From an uncultured virus (IMG/VR IMGVR_UViG_3300044825_003036) (Duplodnaviria; Heunggongvirae; Uroviricota; Caudoviricetes): a DNA stretch of 64,000 bases. The first letter of the stretch is position 1. Every line of letters begins with the position of its first letter. Positions 35,431 through 44,096 of the stretch are shown in pieces. The stretch lies in the IMG/VR virus record IMGVR_UViG_3300044825_003036. One strand, given 5' to 3'. The position numbers and the translations under genes are program-made. The notes beneath the pieces were generated by a model that was not told the origin of the DNA, did not search any database, and saw only the letters and a list, made by a program, of their open reading frames with translations.

Positions 35431-38400
35431 CATTCGTAGCGCGAACAGCGGCTTTCTGGGCGCGAGCATCTCGATGTCCGGGTCCGATCACACGATCGGG
35501 ATTTGGATCAAGGAACAGGCGGACGCGTACACCCACAACCCCAACTACCAGTTCGCTCTTACGGCGAGCAGCTGGGCCTACAAGCACCAGATCTGGGCTC
35601 TGGGGAATGTCGCCGGGTACGACAACATCCTCTACACCTCAGAGGCTGGTGATGTCGTCGTCGCGACGGCGTCCGACACGACCTGGCGCTACTACCTCAT
35701 CCGCAAGGTTGGGACCAGCGTCACCGTGAAGGCGCGCGTGGCGGGCAGTGACACTTGGACCACGGTGGCGTCCTACACGGTCACCGACACGCCACTCGAT
35801 CAGTTCGGGATTTTTCAGTCGGAGTGGCCGTACAACATCGCGGCGTACAACGCGAACGTTAGATCTGGTCGCCTTTGGAGCGTCAACAAATCGGACGCTG
35901 ACGTGCTTCTTGAGAGCAAGTCGCGAACGCCGCTCGACACCACCAATCTCAAGATTTCGGTCGCTGATGGTGACACACCGGCGGTCGCTGGGACCAACTG
36001 GAATGGTGGGTCGTACGGGTCCATCACGCTCACAAAAACCGGGACGGCCGTCTACGACGCGGACGACCCTATTTCGGGCGGCAGTTCGATCGATGTTGCT
36101 GGGCACACCGAGCGGTATCGGCAGTTCGCTGCGGGCTTTGCGCCCAACTTGGCGCTGGCGGCAGCGACCGAGCGCGCGCGGGTTACGGGGAATGGTGTAC
36201 TCACGGGGCTAACCGTGGCTGGCGCAACGGCGCAGCCGATGGCCTTTGCTGGGGGCTACAGCTCGACTCTTGCCGAGGCAATGACGACGGGGCTTGCTCG
36301 CTTCAGTCCTCCAAGTTTTGGCGCGGCACTGGGGCAGTCCGCGCAGACCGAGCCGGCTCGCTCAAAAGCGGGAGACTTCGCTAGCGGCGGCGTGGTGACG
36401 GTGGCAGCGGCCACCGAGCGCGCGCTGGTCCGTGACGGCGGCCTGACGTCTGCGCTTGGCGCGAGCGCGGTGACAACGCCAGTGCCAGCGGCAAGCGCGG
36501 GGATCACGTCTGCGCTTGGCGCTGCCTTGCGAACAGAAGCGGGCCGCATGCGCGCGGGCGACTACTCCAGCAGTGGCGCGGCGGTCGTTGTTTCGCACAC
36601 CGAGCGCGCGCTGGTTCGCGATGGCGGCTTGGTAGCAGCTCTGACGCTGGCAGCATCGACCGAGCGCGGGAGCGCGCGGGACGCTGGGTTGGCGACAGTG
36701 TTTGCCATCGCTCTCCCTTCGGAAAGGGGCTCAGTTTCAAGCGCGGGCGTGACAACGTCAATGGCTGGCGCGGTCGTTGGGACCGGGGCGGCCGCATCTC
36801 GGGATGGCGGGACCAGTGCTGCGCTGGTCGCCAGCCTACCAACCGAGCAAGCCCGCATGCGCGCGGGCGACTACTCCAGCAGTGGCGCCGCGCTGCTGTT
36901 TGCGCATACCGAGCGCGCGCTGGTTCGCGATGGCGGCTTGACGTCTGCCATGGCGGCTGCCCCAGCGACTGAGCGCGCGTTGGCACGGAGTAGTGACTAT
37001 GCGGCTGGATTCGCGGCTATTTCGGCGAGTGCAGCCACTGAGGTTTCGCGGTCACGCGACGGGGCGCTGAGCTCGGCGCTGGTCGCTAGCGAGACGACGG
37101 AGCGCGTGCGCGAGGCAGGCGCGGGGCTCACGTCGGCAGCCGCTCTGGCTCTAGCCACCGAGGCGCTCCGAATTCGTCCAGGCGACTTCAGCAGCAGCGG
37201 CGCGGCGGTGCTTTTCGCGCACACTGAGCGCGCGCTGGTTCGTGATGGTGGACTGAGCTCGGCATCGGCGGCGGCGGCGGCAACCGAGCGCGGGACGGCG
37301 CGGGGCGGCAGTTTTGCGCCTGCGGTTGCCAATGCGCAGGCAACCGAGCGCGGGCTGGTTCAGCCAGCGGGTTCTGCGTCGGCGGTGAGCTTCACGGCTG
37401 CGACGGAGGCAGCAACGGCGCGCGGGCGCGACCTGGCCGCGGCGTTGACTCTTGCCCTGGCTACTGAGGCGGCTCGCACAATCCCGGCGGGCTACTCGAC
37501 GGGTGCTGTGATCCTGGTCTCTGCAGCTACGGAGAAGAGCCGGAGCGTTCCCGGTTCGTACGCAGCCCAGCTCGCGCTTGTTGCGGCGTCGGTGGCGAAT
37601 GGCGAGCGCTCGGCGGGGCTAGTTTCGAGTGCAACCATTACGGTGGCGACTGAGGCAGCTCGGGCTGTCCCGATAGGCTTTGGGACGGTGGTCGGGGTGC
37701 AGATCGCCACTGCTCACACCGAGCGGGCTCGGGTGCGCGACGGCGCCATGACGGGCGAACTTTCGGTGGTGACGTTCGTGGAGCCAATCCCGGGCGGCGG
37801 TGGTTTTGGCTCGATGCCGTTTGGCACTGGCCCGTTTGGCTCTCAGATGCCCGACGGGACGCCGGTGCGCAGGATCCGCGCTGTCGCCGATTCGGTCGTG
37901 TTCGTCCCCTACGTTGGCGGGTTGCCCAACGCGAACGCACGCAACCCCCAGTCCCCGCTTCACCCCTCGAATTGGGCGCTTGCCCCCATGGATCCAGTGG
38001 GTGCAGTGGTCCGGTTGCCCCAGCGCGTGCTGTACCTGGCCACGGCTGGGCGTCTCGACGGGTTGCCGTATGTGCCGGAGGGCGGCTTCTTGTTGGTGTT
38101 CGACGGCACCCTGGCGCAGGGCGCGCAGTATCGGCTCGCAGTGGCGCCGGCCAGTTTGGATCTCAGCCCCGAGGCGGGCGTCGTTCGCGAGTTCGCAGCC
38201 GTGCGGATCCGTTGCGACGCGCTCCCGCAAGACGAGCGCGACAGCACTGGCGGGATCCGAGACATCGCCAACCCGTACCTGAGTCGCGACGCGCTCCAGT
38301 TCCCCCCAGCGTTGGGCACCTATCAGATCTCGGCGACGGGCGACTTGGCAAGTGACTCTGGTGACGCCAGCTTGCGCAAGCGGATCCTCCGGCGCGTCGA

Positions 38401-38662
38401 GGCGACGGTTGGGGATTTCTTCCACCTTTCGAACTACGGCGCGGGCGTGGTTGGGCGCGTCAAGCAGCTGCTGCGGCCCGATGAGCTGGAGCGGATTCAG
38501 TCGCGTGTGAAGGCCCAGGTCTCGCGAGAGCCCGAGGTTTTGACCTGCTCTGTGGCGGTGCGCCCGGTCAACGGGGAATCGTCGGCGGTGTCCGTGTCGG
38601 TGACGGTGACGACGGTTTCGGATCCCGCGCCGTCAACGGTGGTCGTCCCGGTGGCGCTCTGA
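35420..38662 (+). CDS. Large virion protein: lectin/LamG-like N-terminus, about 20-aa TE-repeat stalk, C-terminal gp25/GPW-like baseplate wedge domain
   Basis: Repeats (A/H)TERALVRDGGL; C-terminal LRKRILRR...GDFFHLSNYGAG...QVSREPEV; directly upstream of baseplate J. Confidence 0.7.
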   Translation: MAGSIRSANSGFLGASISMSGSDHTIGIWIKEQADAYTHNPNYQFALTASSWAYKHQIWALGNVAGYDNILYTSEAGDVVVATASDTTWRYYLIRKVGTSVTVKARVAGSDTWTTVASYTVTDTPLDQFGIFQSEWPYNIAAYNANVRSGRLWSVNKSDADVLLESKSRTPLDTTNLKISVADGDTPAVAGTNWNGGSYGSITLTKTGTAVYDADDPISGGSSIDVAGHTERYRQFAAGFAPNLALAAATERARVTGNGVLTGLTVAGATAQPMAFAGGYSSTLAEAMTTGLARFSPPSFGAALGQSAQTEPARSKAGDFASGGVVTVAAATERALVRDGGLTSALGASAVTTPVPAASAGITSALGAALRTEAGRMRAGDYSSSGAAVVVSHTERALVRDGGLVAALTLAASTERGSARDAGLATVFAIALPSERGSVSSAGVTTSMAGAVVGTGAAASRDGGTSAALVASLPTEQARMRAGDYSSSGAALLFAHTERALVRDGGLTSAMAAAPATERALARSSDYAAGFAAISASAATEVSRSRDGALSSALVASETTERVREAGAGLTSAAALALATEALRIRPGDFSSSGAAVLFAHTERALVRDGGLSSASAAAAATERGTARGGSFAPAVANAQATERGLVQPAGSASAVSFTAATEAATARGRDLAAALTLALATEAARTIPAGYSTGAVILVSAATEKSRSVPGSYAAQLALVAASVANGERSAGLVSSATITVATEAARAVPIGFGTVVGVQIATAHTERARVRDGAMTGELSVVTFVEPIPGGGGFGSMPFGTGPFGSQMPDGTPVRRIRAVADSVVFVPYVGGLPNANARNPQSPLHPSNWALAPMDPVGAVVRLPQRVLYLATAGRLDGLPYVPEGGFLLVFDGTLAQGAQYRLAVAPASLDLSPEAGVVREFAAVRIRCDALPQDERDSTGGIRDIANPYLSRDALQFPPALGTYQISATGDLASDSGDASLRKRILRRVEATVGDFFHLSNYGAGVVGRVKQLLRPDELERIQSRVKAQVSREPEVLTCSVAVRPVNGESSAVSVSVTVTTVSDPAPSTVVVPVAL
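36100..37770 (+). repeat. Coding tandem repeat (20-21 aa unit, higher-order period of about 309-315 nt)
   Basis: Near-identical blocks CGCATGCGCGCGGGCGACTACTCCAGCAGTGGCGC...ACCGAGCGCGCGCTGGTTCGCGATGGCGGCTTG at about 36545 and 36854; a diverged third copy at about 37170. Confidence 0.85.
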
Positions 38663-38677
38663 TACCCTCTTTTGGGT

Positions 38678-39826
38678 ATGGCGACTGACCTACCCACCAG
38701 AGCGGACCTGTTCCAGGTTGGGGCCCAAGCCGTTTTCGCGCGCTCCGCGGCGAGAGCGGAGGGCCAGCGGATTACGCCCCAGGCGGTGTTCACTGAGGGG
38801 ACGGATATCAACATCATTCTGGCTGCCGCGTCGGCGATGGCGGATGAAGGGATCCGTCACCTGGCGATGCGGATCGCGGCGCTTTACCTCGATTCCGCGG
38901 AGGGGGAGGATCTGGACCGGCTGGTGGCCGACAGGTTCAGCCCCGAGCTCTTCCGTAAGCCGGCGTCGCCAGCGGTGGTCCTCCTGTTTTTTACTCGCGC
39001 CCCGCCGAGTACTCTTGCTTCGATCGCTTTTGCGGTGGGGACCAAGTTCCGCACCGAGACTGGGATCGAGTTCCAGTTGCTGGAGCCAGTGGGATTGGCC
39101 CCGGGTGCGACGGGGCCAGTCACGGCACGGGCAGAGGCTGTGTTGGCAGGCGTTGGCGGCAACGTTGACCGCGGGCAGATCCGCGCCTTCGTTCAGACGC
39201 CGACCGACCCATACGTCCAGGTAGTGAACGCTGGAGTTGCGGCAGGCGGAGCGAACCGCGAGAGTGACTCGCAGTTGCGGCAGCGCGCGCGGGCGTATTA
39301 CCAGACGGTACGGCGCGGGACGTTGCCGGCTATCGAGCTTGGCGCGCTGTCGGTACCGGGGGTTGCGTCGGCGTCGGCGGAGGAGGTGATCGATCCGGTG
39401 AGCGAGTTGCCGGCAGGCCCGATCCGCCTCTCGATCGCGGATGCCAACGGGCAGGCCAATGCACTGCTGGTTGCGGCGGTGCGCCAAGGGTTGCGGGAGT
39501 ACCGCGCTGCGGGGGTTCCGGTGGACATCCTGGCAAGCAAGCCTCAATACGTTTCGATCTCGTACGAGGGCTTGGCGTTTCGGGCCAACGTCGACACGAC
39601 CGCGGCGGCCGCGCAGCTCCGACGGCTCACGGTTTCGGCGGTGAATCTGCTCGGTCCGCGCGAGCCGTTGCTGCGGTCGTTGCTGTTCTCGATCGCCCGT
39701 TCGATCCCGGGCGCAATCGTGACGGCGTCGGTGGTGCGGGTGCCTGCAGGGGACTTGTTCCCAACGTCGGGTGAGTCGGTCTCGTTTCGCACGACGATCG
39801 ATCGGGTGAAGGTGAACGGCGTATGA
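38678..39826 (+). CDS. Baseplate J-like wedge protein
   Basis: YLDSAEGEDLDRL, GVGGN, GGANRESDSQLRQR, GTLPAI. Confidence 0.92.
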   Translation: MATDLPTRADLFQVGAQAVFARSAARAEGQRITPQAVFTEGTDINIILAAASAMADEGIRHLAMRIAALYLDSAEGEDLDRLVADRFSPELFRKPASPAVVLLFFTRAPPSTLASIAFAVGTKFRTETGIEFQLLEPVGLAPGATGPVTARAEAVLAGVGGNVDRGQIRAFVQTPTDPYVQVVNAGVAAGGANRESDSQLRQRARAYYQTVRRGTLPAIELGALSVPGVASASAEEVIDPVSELPAGPIRLSIADANGQANALLVAAVRQGLREYRAAGVPVDILASKPQYVSISYEGLAFRANVDTTAAAAQLRRLTVSAVNLLGPREPLLRSLLFSIARSIPGAIVTASVVRVPAGDLFPTSGESVSFRTTIDRVKVNGV

Positions 39827-41160
39827 AGCCAGCGACCGAGGCCGACTTCTTGGACCTGTGGCGGTCGGTTCTGCCGCGCTTCTACACGGCTCCCATCGAG
39901 AATGAAGGGGATGGGCGTGGGCTCGATGTACCGACGCTGCAGGCTGCCATCATGGCGCGGCTGGAGCGCGCGGCGAACGTGAACCAGCAGGCGTACTACT
40001 TGCGCCCGCACTCGACGCAGACCGGCGAGATCGCTCGCAGCGCGGCGCGTGCGCGCGGGACGGTGCGCTTCACTCGGGTGGGGTCGGTCGCGGCGGAGCT
40101 GCGGATCCCGTCGCAAACAATCTTGGAGGCGGAGCAGCTTGGCCCCACTGGTGAAACGGTGTCGCTGGGGCGATACCTCACGACGACCGAAACTGTGATG
40201 GAGAGCGGCTTTGCCGGACCTGAGTCGGTCGTGATCGAGGCAGAGCATCCAGGATACCACGGCAACCTGGACTACCCGGGTCAAGTCGTGAGGTTTGCGG
40301 CGCTCGGACGCGCCCAAGTGCGGGCGGTCGCCACTCAAACCACGACGCTGCTTCGCAACGTCGATGACGCTGCAGACCAGGATTGGGACCGTTTTACGCC
40401 GGAAAGCTTGGGGCGTTACGTGCGTCTGGTGCAGATTGGGCTGCCCTTGGTGACGACGTCCGAGCCGCGTCGAGTGGTGGGCCTGCTGCAAGCCAGCGGG
40501 CAAGTGATTGGCATCCGGCTCGATCCGCCGTTGGCGGCTGGGGACATCGGCAAGCCATTGTCGGTCGAGTTCGAGGAGTGGGCGGACGTCGGGCTAGTCG
40601 TGTCGCAGCCAACGCCGATCACTGGTGGGCGCGGCGATGGGTTGGGCGCTATTGGGTCTGATCGCGGCGTGGCGCGAGTGACGGGCGAGACTGACGACCA
40701 GTATGCCGACCGCATCATGTACGCGCCGGACACGATCAGCCCGGCGGCAATCGAGCGGACGGTGGATGCGATCTTGGGCCCGCTGGGAATCGAGTGGTGC
40801 TTGCGAGAGACCGCTGACCTGGACACGCTGATGGGCTTCACTTTCGACGTGCACCCCTGGGATCTGGAGGGATTGCCCACGGTTGAAAAAGTTGTCGGCT
40901 CTGAGCTCGTGGGGCAGGGATTTGTTTGGTTGGGGACACGGACCGCGCGACGGTTTTTCCTGATCTGCGTGAAGCGGTCACAGCTTGGCGACTTCGGCTT
41001 CGGGTATGATGTGCTGACCAATCCGATCAGCGCATGGGACCTGGCGGCGTTTGACGGCTGGGCGCTGGGCTTTGGACGGGCTATTGCGCGAGTCCACTCG
41101 GCAGTGAATGCTGCTCGGGCGGCAGGCGTAGGGTTTCGGATTTCGCTGGATTGTTGCTGA
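39823..41160 (+). CDS. Baseplate wedge protein (J-related / gpI position)
   Basis: Follows baseplate J; J-like segments and GETDDQYADRI; ARAAGV end. Confidence 0.7.
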   Translation: MKPATEADFLDLWRSVLPRFYTAPIENEGDGRGLDVPTLQAAIMARLERAANVNQQAYYLRPHSTQTGEIARSAARARGTVRFTRVGSVAAELRIPSQTILEAEQLGPTGETVSLGRYLTTTETVMESGFAGPESVVIEAEHPGYHGNLDYPGQVVRFAALGRAQVRAVATQTTTLLRNVDDAADQDWDRFTPESLGRYVRLVQIGLPLVTTSEPRRVVGLLQASGQVIGIRLDPPLAAGDIGKPLSVEFEEWADVGLVVSQPTPITGGRGDGLGAIGSDRGVARVTGETDDQYADRIMYAPDTISPAAIERTVDAILGPLGIEWCLRETADLDTLMGFTFDVHPWDLEGLPTVEKVVGSELVGQGFVWLGTRTARRFFLICVKRSQLGDFGFGYDVLTNPISAWDLAAFDGWALGFGRAIARVHSAVNAARAAGVGFRISLDCC

Positions 41161-41171
41161 GGAGTTTTGAA

Positions 41172-42863
41172 ATGGACCAAGTAGTTCTGAACGAGTTGGA
41201 GCGGGCAGCGTCGGCGGACGTGAACAACCTGCAGCACCTGGGCTCTCGCTTGCTGACGGATTCGCTCCGCTGGCTCGGTTCGCAGCGTCGTTACCCCGCT
41301 GTGACGCCAGCGAGCGGTGCAGACACCGCGCAGTCGCCACAGACGTGGTGCTTGGGGCTGACCGTCGAGGTGGTCGGGACCAATTACATGGTCAACCCCG
41401 GGATGTTGTCGTCGGTATTCCCCGACAACCTGACGCTGGACTCGTTGGAGGGGCAGCAGCCGATTGGCTTCTTGCGCGCTGCGGTTGTTCGTCCGTTGCC
41501 GTCGTGCAACCCGGCGCGGACGCAGGGTGAATATTACCTGATCAGTGCTCGGATCGTGCGCACCACCACTTCGCAGGTGGTGGAAGTGTTCGACGTCCCA
41601 ACGCAGACCTTCGTGCCACAGAATCGCCCCAAGCGGGCTGAGTTTACGGTCGAGTTCCGCGAGGACGCCGGCCCGCAGGTCCCAGGGCAGCCCACTTATG
41701 GTGCATGGCCTGCGCTCAACGCTTACCCTTCGAATGCCGGGTGGACGCCGATTGCGATCGTTCGAGTGTTCACGTCCAGCGCCAACGCAGACTACGGGCA
41801 GGTCTACGACGTGCGACGCGACTTGCGCGACGAGCTCCGCGCCGCGCCATGGGACCCATTCCCCTACTCAGCAGATACCCCTCTGGCTCCTCCTGAGGTT
41901 CGGATCCGTGCGTGTGAGGCGACGGCTAGCCCCAGCGACAACAGTTGGGGCCGCTTCCTGTGGGGCCATTTCCGCGCCTCGTTGCGCGGCGGGGATTATT
42001 CGGCGGCGGTACCTCAAGGGTTCGTGATCCCGCAAACGTATGTTTTCGCCAACGAGCTGGAGACGTTGACCCCAGGTGCGTTGACGCACTTCTATCTGGT
42101 CCCGCTTCGAATTGGGTCCACCTACCGGGTGCCGAGTTACGGCATGAAGGGGACAAACGGGCTCACTGGGTCAATTGCGATGCGCGGCGTGATCGTTGCC
42201 TGCCAGAGTGGGGCTGCCCCTACTCGTCAGGGCGTAAACGGTGGCGCGATTCGGTTGCCTCGGACGACTGGACTTGCTCTGTTCCCCGATTATGACGACG
42301 TTCAGATTGGGGAGGCTGTGTGGGTCTACTCCGCTCAAAGCACCTCGGGCTCGGCTACTGACGCAGTGCCGTGGACCATGGCTGGCAATCGGTTCATGTA
42401 TGCCCTGAACGCGTCGGCATCAGATCAGCGCAGCGCGCCGCGGGTGGTCAACGTGGCGCTAGCTAGTGGGTCTACGGTGTGGGCATGCGACCTAACCGCC
42501 TACGTCCCGCAAAATGCGCGCTGGGTGGAGCTCGCAGTTCGCCTGGCCCCGGGCAACACAGCAAGCGGGCCCGCTCGCTGTGAGGTCAAGATCGCCAAAG
42601 AGGACGCCAAGATTGGCACTCCTGGGACGAGCGCCCTGGATACCAAGTTGGTGCTAGACTCGATCAGCATCGGGACCGGGCACCCCAATACCGAGTGGTG
42701 GGGGAAGCTGCGGGTCCCGCTTTTCTCACTCTCCGACGACGACCCGATCGCCAAGGTCCCAGGCTATTTCGGGCTGGCGATCGAGTTCGAATACGAGGCG
42801 CTTTCGGGTTCGACTTTCGGCTCATGCCAGGCAGCGGTCTACGTGGCAGGGTGGGAAGTATGA
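41172..42863 (+). CDS. Putative tail fibre/baseplate attachment protein
   Basis: Last structural gene; ends YVAGWEV; SD GAGGAG. Confidence 0.6.
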   Translation: MDQVVLNELERAASADVNNLQHLGSRLLTDSLRWLGSQRRYPAVTPASGADTAQSPQTWCLGLTVEVVGTNYMVNPGMLSSVFPDNLTLDSLEGQQPIGFLRAAVVRPLPSCNPARTQGEYYLISARIVRTTTSQVVEVFDVPTQTFVPQNRPKRAEFTVEFREDAGPQVPGQPTYGAWPALNAYPSNAGWTPIAIVRVFTSSANADYGQVYDVRRDLRDELRAAPWDPFPYSADTPLAPPEVRIRACEATASPSDNSWGRFLWGHFRASLRGGDYSAAVPQGFVIPQTYVFANELETLTPGALTHFYLVPLRIGSTYRVPSYGMKGTNGLTGSIAMRGVIVACQSGAAPTRQGVNGGAIRLPRTTGLALFPDYDDVQIGEAVWVYSAQSTSGSATDAVPWTMAGNRFMYALNASASDQRSAPRVVNVALASGSTVWACDLTAYVPQNARWVELAVRLAPGNTASGPARCEVKIAKEDAKIGTPGTSALDTKLVLDSISIGTGHPNTEWWGKLRVPLFSLSDDDPIAKVPGYFGLAIEFEYEALSGSTFGSCQAAVYVAGWEV

Positions 42864-43495
42864 CCGGCTTTGGCGTCAAAAACGGTCTGCTCACGGTCCC
42901 GCCCGGTTGGGAATTCTCCGTCAATCCTGACAAGGTGAAGGGCGTCAAGATCAAGCCCACGCTGCTCGTGGTCCACTACGGCGTGACGCAGGCCCACAAG
43001 GAGCTGGAGAGCACGCTGCTCAGCAACGATTACGTAAGCGCTCACCTGGCGCTCACCGCTCGCGACGGCCGGCGGCAGATTACCCAGCTGGTGCCGTTTG
43101 ACGTCCAGGCTGGGCATGCTGGGCCCACGGCGGTTTACCGCGGTGGTCGGTCCAACGTGAACTCGTTCTCCATCGGGATCGAGATCAACAACCCCGGGCC
43201 ATTGTTTTTGACGAACGACGGGCTCTTGGTCGATGTGTACAAGCGCCCGTGGCACGGGGAGCACTACGTGGGGCCACACCAGTCAGGGCGCTTTCAGAAT
43301 TGGAAGCGATGGGCGCGTTACACGGACGAGGAGATCGAGGCAGTGTGGGAAATCAGCGAGGCCCTTCGCGACCACTACGCGTTGCAGGACGTGGTTGGGC
43401 ACGACGAGATCCGGCAGGACAAGGCTGACCCGGGGCCAACGTTTCCGATGCCCTGGTTGCGCTCACAGCTGTTTCCTGGCACCGTTGTGGCATGA
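42860..43495 (+). CDS. Endolysin, N-acetylmuramoyl-L-alanine amidase (Amidase_2)
   Basis: LVVHY, SAH, HAG, SIGIE, GHDEI...KADPG. Confidence 0.92.
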   Translation: MTGFGVKNGLLTVPPGWEFSVNPDKVKGVKIKPTLLVVHYGVTQAHKELESTLLSNDYVSAHLALTARDGRRQITQLVPFDVQAGHAGPTAVYRGGRSNVNSFSIGIEINNPGPLFLTNDGLLVDVYKRPWHGEHYVGPHQSGRFQNWKRWARYTDEEIEAVWEISEALRDHYALQDVVGHDEIRQDKADPGPTFPMPWLRSQLFPGTVVA

Positions 43496-43725
43496 CCCTC
43501 CGACTCAAGATCTCTAGCCCCGAGAAGGCCCCTTATGCTGCGGTGGTTACCCGCACTACACAGACCGGATCCGCGGAGAAGCTCGCGGTGATTGAACCAG
43601 GGGGTGAGGCGGATGTGTATCTGTGGAATGGCGTTAGCCTGGTCATAACGGAACAACCCGCGGCGCCGGTCGCGGTCGAGCCAAATCCGGAAGCGGAAAC
43701 CGCCGAGCCTGCTGCAAACTCCTAA
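43492..43725 (+). CDS. Small hypothetical protein
   Basis: ATGA overlap with the amidase gene. Confidence 0.55.
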   Translation: MTLRLKISSPEKAPYAAVVTRTTQTGSAEKLAVIEPGGEADVYLWNGVSLVITEQPAAPVAVEPNPEAETAEPAANS

Positions 43726-43747
43726 AAGCGGTGTTAGCTTCCAGGCC

Positions 43748-44083
43748 ATGCAAAGGGTTCTGGAGGCTGTGCAGGACGGTTTGGTGGTGCTGGTTCCGTT
43801 GCTGGTGACTTGGCTGGCCGCCGAGCTCCGGCGACGGATCCAGGCCAATGTGGTTCGGAAAGCCGTAGAGACGGTCGAGGACGAGAACTGGGAGGAGTGC
43901 GAGAAGAGCAAGAAGGCGCGCGCTGTCGAGCTGGTTCGAAAGAACACGGGAGTGTTTACGCGGATGCGGCCAGAAAAAGTTGGCCAGCTCGTGGAAAAGG
44001 CCCTGCCTAAGGTGCGCGAGCAGAACGCCAGCCGCAAACCCGCTCCCGACCGCAGAACGGTTGACGTGACGTTCAAGGAGTAG
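43748..44083 (+). CDS. Putative holin (LL-H-like, one N-terminal TM helix)
   Basis: Hydrophobic LVVLVPLLVTWLAA, then VRKAVETVE...KKARA; next to the endolysin. Confidence 0.6.
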   Translation: MQRVLEAVQDGLVVLVPLLVTWLAAELRRRIQANVVRKAVETVEDENWEECEKSKKARAVELVRKNTGVFTRMRPEKVGQLVEKALPKVREQNASRKPAPDRRTVDVTFKE

Positions 44084-44096
44084 ACAGGCTCGCGGG

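Noticed and set aside
36100..37770. Repeats as a CRISPR array or DGR template/variable pair
   Set aside because: They are in-frame coding repeats with synonymous and amino-acid divergence, no unique spacers, no adenine-specific pattern and no reverse transcriptase.
23312..42863. Tailocin, eCIS or T6SS locus
   Set aside because: Linked terminase, portal, scaffold and capsid genes show a complete phage.
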